A stretch of DNA of 64,000 bases, taken from Actinomycetota bacterium (GTDB lineage Bacteria; Actinomycetota; Acidimicrobiia; Actinomarinales; Actinomarinaceae). Positions 56,801 through 64,000 of the stretch are shown here, piece by piece. The notes beneath the pieces were generated by a model. The model worked only from the letters and a program-made list of their open reading frames with translations, was not told the DNA's origin and did no database searches. Each line of letters starts with the position of its first letter. Within the stretch, counting starts at the first letter, position 1. A program made the position numbers and the translations under genes. The stretch covers positions 2,996 through 66,995 of the forward strand of contig JAQCEB010000003.1 in assembly GCA_027729925.1 (NCBI GenBank). Direction: 5' to 3'.

Positions 56801-57795
56801 TATGAAAGTTCACTTATTAGATCCACGACTCTGTTTGAATAACCCCATTCGTTGTCATACCAACAAACCACTTTTACGTGATTTTTATCAATAATTTGTG
56901 TCGAACTAGCATCATATATGCTGGAGTGTGGATTCTGCAATATATCAGTTGAAACAAGAGGTACCTCAGAATATTCAAGAATTCCTTTAAGTGTTGTTTC
57001 AGAAGCTTCTTTAACTGCTTTATTTACTTCTTCTATTGTTACATTTTTTTCTAACTCAACAACTAAATCTACAACACTACCATCGGGTACTGGAACACGC
57101 ATTGCCATTCCATCTAATTTTCCTTTTAGTTTAGGAAGGACCATACCTACTGCTTTAGCAGCTCCAGTAGAGGTAGGTATAATGTTTTGTGTAGCACTTC
57201 TGCCTCTTCTGAAATCACTATGAGTACCTTCTGCTAAAGCCTGGTCATTAGTGTAAGCATGAACTGTTGTCATGAGTCCTGATTTAATACCAAAATTATC
57301 ATCAAGAACTTTAGCAATTGGAGCTAAACAGTTAGTAGTACAAGATGCATTTGAAATAACTTTATGTTCTGGTTTTAAATCTTCATTATTTACACCAAGA
57401 ACTATAGTTGCGTCAATGTCATCTTTTGGAGGCACTGTTAATATAACTTTTTTTGCTCCAGCTAAAATATGTTTTTGAAGAGAAGCATTATCTCTAAATA
57501 TTCCTGTTGATTCAATAACAACATCTATATTTAATTCTTTCCAAGGTAATTGACTAGGATCTTTAATTGAAGTTAATTTAATCTTTCTTTCATCAACAAT
57601 TAAAATGTCACCTTCAACAGAAACGTTATTAGATAATATCCCCATTACAGAGTCATGTTTTAATAGATAAGCAAGATTTGGGTAGTCACCTAAATCATTG
57701 ATAGCTACAACATTTATATCAGAATTAGACTCAACTATGATTCTAAGAATAGACCTACCAATTCTTCCAAATCCATTTATAGCTATATTTGTCAT
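56800..57795 (-). CDS. gap: Glyceraldehyde-3-phosphate dehydrogenase, type I
   Basis: 331 aa with INGFGRIGR, the active site SNASCTTNCLAP, TTVHAYT and WYDNEWGYS. Confidence 0.95.
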   Translation of the reverse strand: MTNIAINGFGRIGRSILRIIVESNSDINVVAINDLGDYPNLAYLLKHDSVMGILSNNVSVEGDILIVDERKIKLTSIKDPSQLPWKELNIDVVIESTGIFRDNASLQKHILAGAKKVILTVPPKDDIDATIVLGVNNEDLKPEHKVISNASCTTNCLAPIAKVLDDNFGIKSGLMTTVHAYTNDQALAEGTHSDFRRGRSATQNIIPTSTGAAKAVGMVLPKLKGKLDGMAMRVPVPDGSVVDLVVELEKNVTIEEVNKAVKEASETTLKGILEYSEVPLVSTDILQNPHSSIYDASSTQIIDKNHVKVVCWYDNEWGYSNRVVDLISELS

Positions 57796-58799
57796 TTATT
57801 CTCCAAATTTAATTTATTAATAGTGTCAATAATTCTTGCTGAATAACCCCAACCATTGTCAAACCAGATTATTAATTTAATTTTTTTATTCTTAATACTC
57901 ATTGTGGACAATCCATCTACTAGTCCAGAAAGGGAACTTTTTACAACATCTGAGGACACAATTGGATCATACGTAATTCCAATAATATTTTTAAGAGAAT
58001 TAATTGAAAATTCTTGTATTAGATTATTAATTTCATCAATGGTGGATTCTTTTTCAATATCAATTGTTAAATCAACAGTACTACCATCCGGAATTGGTAC
58101 AGTCATAGAAGATGAAGCAACTTTGTTCTTTAAAAAAGGTAAGACAGTCTCTATAACCTCCGATGATTTTGTAATTGAAGGTATTATATTTTCGCCAGCA
58201 GCTCTGTTTAATCTTAAACCTTCTCCAGCTACGTCAGCTAGTCTGTTTGAATTTGAGTATCCATGAACAGTAGTTAAAAATGCTCTCTCTATACCTACTG
58301 CTTTATTTAATTCAAACAAAATTGGGCAAACTGCATTAGCTGTATTTGAACCTAATGAGATTACATCATTATTAAAATCAATATTTTCATCATTTGCACC
58401 TGGTATATAAATAGGAAACTCATTTAAGTTAGATGGGGTAGATGCAACGATTACTTTTTTGCACCCTTTAGAAATGTGAAGATCAACTTCTTCTTTAGTT
58501 TGAGATTTACCTGTAGCGAGAACAAGAACGTCAACATCAAGAGAACTCCAATTTGATTCATCAGCATTTTTCCAATTGTTAAATAAAATTTCGGTACCAT
58601 CAATTGAAATTCCATTTTCAGTTTCTAAAACTTCTTTACCAAATCTTCCATAGATAGAGTCATATTTTAAAAGATAAACTAAATTTGCTTTATCAGCAGT
58701 ATCGGATATTGAAATTATTTGTATATCGTCCCTGTCTATGGTTTGACGCAATACGTCTCTTCCGATTCTTCCGAAACCAGCCAACGAGACTCTAATCAT
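57792..58799 (-). CDS. Divergent GAPDH-fold paralogue lacking the catalytic cysteine
   Basis: GFGRIGR, TTVHGYS and WFDNGWGYS are retained, but the active-site block reads SLGSNTANAVCP instead of SNASCTTNCLAP. The probable start is the ATG at 58799 (MIRVSLAGFGRIGR, GAAAGG RBS). ATGA overlap with gap. Confidence 0.8.
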   Translation of the reverse strand: MIRVSLAGFGRIGRDVLRQTIDRDDIQIISISDTADKANLVYLLKYDSIYGRFGKEVLETENGISIDGTEILFNNWKNADESNWSSLDVDVLVLATGKSQTKEEVDLHISKGCKKVIVASTPSNLNEFPIYIPGANDENIDFNNDVISLGSNTANAVCPILFELNKAVGIERAFLTTVHGYSNSNRLADVAGEGLRLNRAAGENIIPSITKSSEVIETVLPFLKNKVASSSMTVPIPDGSTVDLTIDIEKESTIDEINNLIQEFSINSLKNIIGITYDPIVSSDVVKSSLSGLVDGLSTMSIKNKKIKLIIWFDNGWGYSARIIDTINKLNLENK

Positions 58800-58867
58800 G
58801 TTACCTTTCCTATAAAAGTGATTTATTGTTGTACAATCAGTAATAATATAGCTGAACAACTATTTAT

Positions 58868-59983
58868 ATGATGTCATTATACAAAAATATCGAAAATTCA
58901 ATATTTGGGGGTGAACCCACATCTGAATTATTGGAAAAAGCTTTCGAAAAAAAAACTTCTTTTTTTGGTAATAAGATTACTTACAGCCCAAAAGTTTTCA
59001 TACCACTGACAACAATGTGTAGAGATAAATGTTCATATTGTACATTTGTTAAATCACCTTCCGAAGGTGGAACTTATTTAAATGAAGATGATGTGAGATC
59101 TATTGCAGCTGCGGGTGAAAAAGCAGGGTGCTATGAAGCATTGTTTACACTAGGTGATAAACCTGAAGAACGTTGGGGCTTTGCAAGAACTCAATTAAAT
59201 AACTACGGTTTTGATTCGACACATGAATATCTTGTTCATTCTATGAAATTAGTAAATTCAAATTTTCAACTATTTCCCCATGCTAATCCAGGACTCATGA
59301 GTGCTGAGGAAATTATAGATTTTAAAAAAGTTTCACCCTCTGGCGGAATTATGATTGAGAGCTTCTCTAAAAATTTATTTACAAAAGGGATGCCACATTT
59401 TGCAACTACTACAAAGTCTCCTGATTTACGTATTTCGACATTAGAAAATGCTAAAGAAAATAAATATCCTATGACTACTGGTCTTCTTCTTGGGTTAACT
59501 ACTACAAAAGATGAGTTGATTGAAGATATTACTAAGTTGATACATTTGATTGAAAATAACTTTACAATTCAAGAAATAATACTTCAAAATTTTAGGGCTA
59601 AAGTCAACACTCAAATGAAATTTAACGCAGAAATTACCAACGATTTGTTTTTAAGGATTATTGCAACAACAAGAATTTATGCACCTAAACATATTTCCTT
59701 ACAAGTACCGCCAAATTTATCTCCTGATATAAATAAGTATCTAAAAAGTGGAATTAATGATCTAGGTGGGATTTCTCCATTAACAATAGATTGGGTAAAC
59801 CCAGATCATTTATGGCCAAATATTGAAAATTTGAATGAATCAGTTAACTCTACAGATCAAAAATTAACTAAAAGACTTCCTGTATATCCTGAATTTATTA
59901 AAAAAGATTGGATTAATGAAGAAATATTTGAAAAAATTAATAATATTATTGATACAGATGGGTATCCGTTAATTAATGAATAA
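58868..59983 (+). CDS. cofG: FO synthase subunit 1 (7,8-didemethyl-8-hydroxy-5-deazariboflavin synthase, CofG)
   Basis: 371 aa. Radical-SAM motif CRDKCSYCTF, with overall CofG-like length and layout. Confidence 0.88.
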   Translation: MMSLYKNIENSIFGGEPTSELLEKAFEKKTSFFGNKITYSPKVFIPLTTMCRDKCSYCTFVKSPSEGGTYLNEDDVRSIAAAGEKAGCYEALFTLGDKPEERWGFARTQLNNYGFDSTHEYLVHSMKLVNSNFQLFPHANPGLMSAEEIIDFKKVSPSGGIMIESFSKNLFTKGMPHFATTTKSPDLRISTLENAKENKYPMTTGLLLGLTTTKDELIEDITKLIHLIENNFTIQEIILQNFRAKVNTQMKFNAEITNDLFLRIIATTRIYAPKHISLQVPPNLSPDINKYLKSGINDLGGISPLTIDWVNPDHLWPNIENLNESVNSTDQKLTKRLPVYPEFIKKDWINEEIFEKINNIIDTDGYPLINE

Positions 59984-61811
59984 AAATATTTCTTTTTTAA
60001 GAATTAGACCGTGTGATAGTGATAATAATATCTATTTAAGTTCACGAAAAAAAGAAGGAACCACTTCTTTTTTATTGAAGAGAAATTCAAAAATAGAATT
60101 ATTAAATTTATATAAACTAAATTTTCAAACATTATCTCAAGATTTAGAACAAGATGCTGATATTTGGTTATTTTCTGACAAAGATATTAAACTTGTAAAA
60201 AATTTAGACCCTGCGAGACTTGTTTATAAATATTCGAAAAATATTGAAATAGCTTTAGATATTATTGACAGAATAAAACCTAGAGTAGTTTTTGTTCAAA
60301 GTTCAAATGATGCAAAAATAATTTCGAAACTTACCACTTCAAATAAATTTTTAATCTCAGCATATGCAGACAACAAAGAAGAAGTAATTGAATTATTAAA
60401 TGCAAATGTTAATGATTTATTTTTAAGAGATTGGAATTCTGAGCAAATTAAAGAGCTTCAAAATCTTAATGGGTATAACTTCTATGAAAGAACTTTATTC
60501 TCACCAATAATTACCTTAGAAGAAGCAAGAGCTATGTTTGATAAATCAAGGTTTTATAGATATTTACAAACAAGAGATGTAAGAGGTTATAGAAGGGAAG
60601 ATTCCACCTGGGCACCAGGTTCAGGAAAACAATTACCAGTTTTAAATAAATATTATTTAAATAAATTAAGTAACTTCAAATTTCAAAATTTTGATCAAAT
60701 ATTAAACAAAGTAGTTTCTGGAGATTCAATTGAGGATGAAGAACTTTTGACATTGTTTAGAACTCAAGGTCTTGGAGTCAATGAAATAGCTTCTGTTGCT
60801 AATGAATTAAATTTTAAACTTAATGCAAATACAGTATCTTTTGTTAAAAATAGAAATATTAACTACACAAACCAATGTTATTATAAATGTGGTTTTTGTG
60901 GATTTTCAAAAGGTCCTAAAAGTTTTGATTTGAAAGAGAAACCTTACTCAATTGATATTCCTGAAGTTGTACAAAGAACAATTGAAGCCAGTGAAATGGG
61001 GGCAACTGAAGTATGCCTACAAGGAGGAATAAACCCCGACTACACAGGTGAGTTTTATTTAAAAATGGTAAAAGAAATTAAAAATGTATTACCAGAAATG
61101 CATATTCATGGTTTTACTCCATTGGAAATTTGGCAAGGAGCACATACTATAAATAAATCAGTAGAAGAGTATTTATTAATGTTAAAAGAAGCAGGTTTAA
61201 ATACATTGCCTGGTACAGCTGCTGAAATTTTGGATGATAGAATTAGAAAATATCTATGTCCTGACAAAATAACATCTGCGCAATGGTCTTATGTTATGGA
61301 AGTAGCTCATTCTATGGGAATACAATCAACAGCAACTATTATGTTTGGTCATATTGATGACATTGATTCTTGGGTAAATCATTTTTCACTCATAAGAAAT
61401 TTACAGCGAAAAACTAATGGATTTACAGAAGTTGTTCCTTTGCCATTTGTACATATGGGTTCACCAATATTTGTTCAAGGTAAAAGTATGCCTGGACCAA
61501 CTTGGGATGAGGTAGTATTAGTTCATTCTTTAGCAAGAATTTATTTTTATAACGATATAAATAATATACAGGCTAGTTGGGTAAAACTTGGACACGATGG
61601 TGCAGCAAAACTTCTTCACGCAGGTGTAAATGACTTAGGAGGAACTTTAATAAATGAAAATATAAGTAGAGCATCTGGTGCAGACCATGGTCAAGAAACT
61701 ACTGCTGATGAATTTATAGATTTAATACAAAAAGAAAATAAGGTTCCAGTAATTAGAAATACACTTTATACGGAATTTAAGAAGATTGATAAAAAATTAA
61801 TTAGTAAATGA
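59976..61811 (+). CDS. cofH: FO synthase subunit 2 (CofH) with a roughly 235-aa N-terminal extension
   Basis: 611 aa. Radical-SAM motif NINYTNQCYYKCGFCGF near residue 300, followed by a CofH-like TIM-barrel region. 8-nt overlap with cofG. Confidence 0.88.
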   Translation: MNKNISFLRIRPCDSDNNIYLSSRKKEGTTSFLLKRNSKIELLNLYKLNFQTLSQDLEQDADIWLFSDKDIKLVKNLDPARLVYKYSKNIEIALDIIDRIKPRVVFVQSSNDAKIISKLTTSNKFLISAYADNKEEVIELLNANVNDLFLRDWNSEQIKELQNLNGYNFYERTLFSPIITLEEARAMFDKSRFYRYLQTRDVRGYRREDSTWAPGSGKQLPVLNKYYLNKLSNFKFQNFDQILNKVVSGDSIEDEELLTLFRTQGLGVNEIASVANELNFKLNANTVSFVKNRNINYTNQCYYKCGFCGFSKGPKSFDLKEKPYSIDIPEVVQRTIEASEMGATEVCLQGGINPDYTGEFYLKMVKEIKNVLPEMHIHGFTPLEIWQGAHTINKSVEEYLLMLKEAGLNTLPGTAAEILDDRIRKYLCPDKITSAQWSYVMEVAHSMGIQSTATIMFGHIDDIDSWVNHFSLIRNLQRKTNGFTEVVPLPFVHMGSPIFVQGKSMPGPTWDEVVLVHSLARIYFYNDINNIQASWVKLGHDGAAKLLHAGVNDLGGTLINENISRASGADHGQETTADEFIDLIQKENKVPVIRNTLYTEFKKIDKKLISK

Positions 61812-62443
61812 ATAAATACAATGTAATTACTTTATTTCCTGATTTGATAAATGAGTGGAAAAAAACTGGAATAATTCATCAAGCAATATCTAAAAAAATA
61901 TTTGAAGTTAACACGGTTAATTTAAGAGATTACGGTTTAGGTGACTATAAACAAGTTGATGATGCTCCATACGGAGGTGGTCCGGGTATGGTGTTAATGC
62001 CTGAACCACTTGATAATGCAATCTTGAAACATAAAGCTGATGTTAATATTTTCATGACTCCTTCAGGTGATCAACTAAATGAAAAACTATTACTCGAATT
62101 ACTTGAATATCAATCTATAAATTTATTATGTGGAAGATATGAAGGTTTTGACCAAAGAATTATTGATATGCATGCTGATTATGAAATTTCAATTGGTTTT
62201 TCAGTAGTTTCTGGTGGAGAGATTCCAGCATTGTTTCTGCTTGAAGCTATTACTAGAAGAATTCCAGGAACTTTAGGCAATCCTGAATCACTAGAATTTG
62301 AAACATTTAAAGAAAATAAGTATGATTTTCCTGTTTACACAAGACCTGAAATATATAAGAATTATGAAGTTCCAGATGTCCTGTTAAGTGGAAATCATAA
62401 AAAAATACAAGAATGGAAAAAGAATAATTTAAAAGATATATAA
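61808..62443 (+). CDS. trmD: tRNA (guanine37-N1)-methyltransferase
   Basis: 211 aa with VITLFPDL, YGGGPGMVL, LLCGRYEGFDQR and VSGGEIPA. Confidence 0.95.
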   Translation: MNKYNVITLFPDLINEWKKTGIIHQAISKKIFEVNTVNLRDYGLGDYKQVDDAPYGGGPGMVLMPEPLDNAILKHKADVNIFMTPSGDQLNEKLLLELLEYQSINLLCGRYEGFDQRIIDMHADYEISIGFSVVSGGEIPALFLLEAITRRIPGTLGNPESLEFETFKENKYDFPVYTRPEIYKNYEVPDVLLSGNHKKIQEWKKNNLKDI

Positions 62444-62479
62444 AGTAATTTTACTTATATAATCTTCTCTGGAGAAAAA

Positions 62480-62824
62480 ATGAATCTAATAAGCAATATA
62501 GAAAAACAATATTTCAAAGAAGAAGTACCTTCATTTAGATCAGGAGATACTGTAAAGGTAAATGTAAAAGTTTCTGAAGGTAACAGAGAGCGAATTCAGA
62601 CATTTGAGGGAGTTATAATAGCTGTAAACGGTGTAGGGATTAATAAAGCTATCACAGTTAGAAAGTTATCTTTTGGTGTCGGAGTAGAAAGAATTTTCCC
62701 TGTACACGCTCCAATTGTAGATTCCATTGAAGTTATTAGAAAAGGCAAAGTAAGAAGATCAAAACTTTACTACTTACGTGATAGAGTTGGCAAATCTGCA
62801 AAGATTAAAGAAGATCGTAATTAA
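62480..62824 (+). CDS. rplS: 50S ribosomal protein L19
   Basis: 114 aa with FRSGDTVKV and [20 protein letters not shown]. Confidence 0.95.
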   Translation: MNLISNIEKQYFKEEVPSFRSGDTVKVNVKVSEGNRERIQTFEGVIIAVNGVGINKAITVRKLSFGVGVERIFPVHAPIVDSIEVIRKGKVRRSKLYYLRDRVGKSAKIKEDRN

Positions 62825-62827
62825 TTC

Positions 62828-63427
62828 ATTAAAATAGTAAGTATTAAAAAAATTCTTAAAACTTTATTTACCGTTGTAGTTGCTGTAATAGCTGCAACTA
62901 TTGTAAGAACTTTTATTGTCCAATTGTATTACATTCCATCATCATCTATGGAACCTACATTAAATATTGAAGATAGGGTATTAGTAGTAAAGGATAAAAT
63001 AATATCTCAAAAATATAAAAATGGAGACATAGTAGTTTTTTACCCCCCAAATTTAAAAGTTGATACAAATGAATTTTCAGATTTTATAATTTCACTTCAA
63101 TTTTGGAATTTTCAATCTTCAGATAATTATCAAAATTCTGCATTAATTAAAAGAATTATTGGAATAGGTGGAGATGAAGTTGAAATTAAAGAAAATGGGC
63201 AAGTCTTTGTAAATGGAAAAATATTTAGTGTTAAAAATTTAGTTCTAAGTGAAAACTATAAAGACCAGATATTTAAAGTTCCTGATGGCACAATATTTGT
63301 ACTTGGTGATAATAGAGCAAACAGTCAAGATTCTAGATTTATAGGCTTTGTACCTGAGAATAATATTATTGGTAAAGCATTCTATATAATATACCCATTT
63401 CAAAACTTAGCATCTTTAAATGATTGA
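62828..63427 (+). CDS. lepB: Signal peptidase I
   Basis: Catalytic Ser box IPSSSMEPTL, plus GDNRANSQDSR. The first classical start (TTG 62924) lies after the membrane anchor (KKILKTLFTVVVAVIAATIVRTF), which is encoded in frame at 62825-62923. The 5' end is therefore uncertain; I give ATT 62828 as the candidate. Confidence 0.85.
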   Translation: MKIVSIKKILKTLFTVVVAVIAATIVRTFIVQLYYIPSSSMEPTLNIEDRVLVVKDKIISQKYKNGDIVVFYPPNLKVDTNEFSDFIISLQFWNFQSSDNYQNSALIKRIIGIGGDEVEIKENGQVFVNGKIFSVKNLVLSENYKDQIFKVPDGTIFVLGDNRANSQDSRFIGFVPENNIIGKAFYIIYPFQNLASLND

Positions 63428-64000
63428 AGATAAAGTTTGGAATAAAAATCCAAATAAGTACATTATAGGCGTTGATGAAGTTGGTAGAGGTTCGTTTGCC
63501 GGGCCTATAAGTGCTGCAGCGGTAAGAGTAAATTATTTTGATTTACAAAAAATTAATGGAATCAAAGATTCAAAAAAACTTTCAGAAAAGAATAGAAATA
63601 AAATATATGAATTAGTTCTCGAAAATAAAATTAATTTTTCATTTCATTCTTGTTCTAACAAAGAGATAGATTTATACGGCATAATGGCAACAAATGAAAA
63701 AGTACTTAAAGATACAATAAGTGATTTATATATTAAAAATGACTTAGTTTATGTTGATCATTTTAAAATTAACAATTTTGATGCAGTTTCTTTAATTAAA
63801 GGTGAAGACAATTGTTTACCAATAGCTTTAGCAAGCATTGTTGCAAAAGTTTTAAGAGATGAAATCATGAAGAATTTACCGATTAAATATGATGTTTATA
63901 ATTTTTATCAAAATAAAGGTTATGGTACTAAACAACATAGAGAAGCAATTAAAAAATATGGAATATCTGATCTACACAGGAAATCCTTTAACTTATTGCC
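63420..64000 (+). CDS. rnhB: Ribonuclease HII (3'-truncated by the window end)
   Basis: Not in the ORF track because it has no stop inside the window. My translation starts MIEDKVWNKNPNKYIIGVDEVGRGSFAGPI, with DSKKL, ALASIVAKVLRD and GYGTKQHREAI. 8-nt overlap with lepB. Confidence 0.9.
   Translation, partial: MIEDKVWNKNPNKYIIGVDEVGRGSFAGPISAAAVRVNYFDLQKINGIKDSKKLSEKNRNKIYELVLENKINFSFHSCSNKEIDLYGIMATNEKVLKDTISDLYIKNDLVYVDHFKINNFDAVSLIKGEDNCLPIALASIVAKVLRDEIMKNLPIKYDVYNFYQNKGYGTKQHREAIKKYGISDLHRKSFNLL

Noticed and set aside
56918-58266. Three plus-strand ORFs (101, 68 and 136 aa) antisense to the two gap genes
   Set aside because: They are shadow ORFs of conserved minus-strand genes. Their composition is Ser/Thr/Ile-rich with no family resemblance.
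56800-58799. Two adjacent gap genes as an assembly duplication artefact
   Set aside because: The two proteins are highly divergent throughout, including the active site, and are joined by a clean ATGA overlap. This is a genuine ancient paralogue pair.
58800-58859. 20-aa N-terminal extension (MFSYIITDCTTINHFYRKGN) of the GAPDH paralogue
   Set aside because: GAPDH-fold proteins begin a few residues before GFGRIGR. The ATG at 58799 has a GAAAGG RBS, and the extension has no counterpart in the family.
62822-62824. Programmed read-through of the rplS TAA producing an L19-LepB fusion
   Set aside because: I saw no recoding signal, TAA is an efficient stop, and a ribosomal protein fused to a membrane protease is implausible. 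Non-canonical initiation in the same frame is the simpler explanation and is reported as a finding.

Overview
This is a 64-kb, very AT-rich and extremely gene-dense chromosomal segment with about 72 protein genes. There is almost no intergenic DNA, with many 1-14 nt start/stop overlaps and several convergent 3' overlaps. I saw no rRNA, tRNA, CRISPR array, IS element, integrase or obvious prophage. All family calls come from reading the supplied translations and the DNA by eye; no searches were run. Gene order (rpmB / recG-rsmD-coaD-yceD-rpmF-plsX-rnc-mutM...smc; rpsP-KH-rimM...trmD-rplS-lepB-rnhB), a long-tailed S16, ino1, FO-synthase genes and DDN/PPOX-type deazaflavin enzymes suggest a genome-streamlined, probably marine, actinobacterium. 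That taxonomic placement is inference only. Functional blocks in order: folD, an MFS transporter and ychF. An RCK regulator with a CPA2 antiporter, DUF368, an unlisted tatA and a lipoprotein cytochrome c. A maltodextrin cluster (malQ, GH13, malEFG, with no ATPase or regulator). Two beta-oxidation-like clusters, one containing a split ACAD10/11-like kinase + dehydrogenase pair. dtd. A small Rad52-like annealase operon. gdh. A Cas4-like nuclease. ino1 and gabT. A five-gene envelope-type operon with a membrane-anchored MurF-like ligase and ddl. An rpmB-csd-photolyase-DDN operon. The recG...smc housekeeping run. cdd, etfBA, and nucleoside salvage (punA-deoB-upp). The rpsP...rnhB ribosomal/RNA-processing operon, interrupted by a metabolic insertion (GATase-ridA-gap-gap paralogue, cofG-cofH). 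Most notable observations: (1) a photolyase with inverted domain order (NewPHL-like) and an FeS-BCP-like four-Cys pattern, translationally coupled to a deazaflavin-dependent DDN enzyme; (2) a GAPDH paralogue lacking the catalytic Cys, coupled to the canonical gap; (3) a membrane-anchored MurF-like ligase operon; (4) a minimal Rad52-like annealase operon next to a Cas4-like nuclease; (5) an 881-aa SMC with no recognisable hinge; (6) a roughly 235-aa unknown N-terminal domain on CofH; (7) a lepB whose membrane anchor has no canonical start codon and lies in frame directly after the rplS stop.
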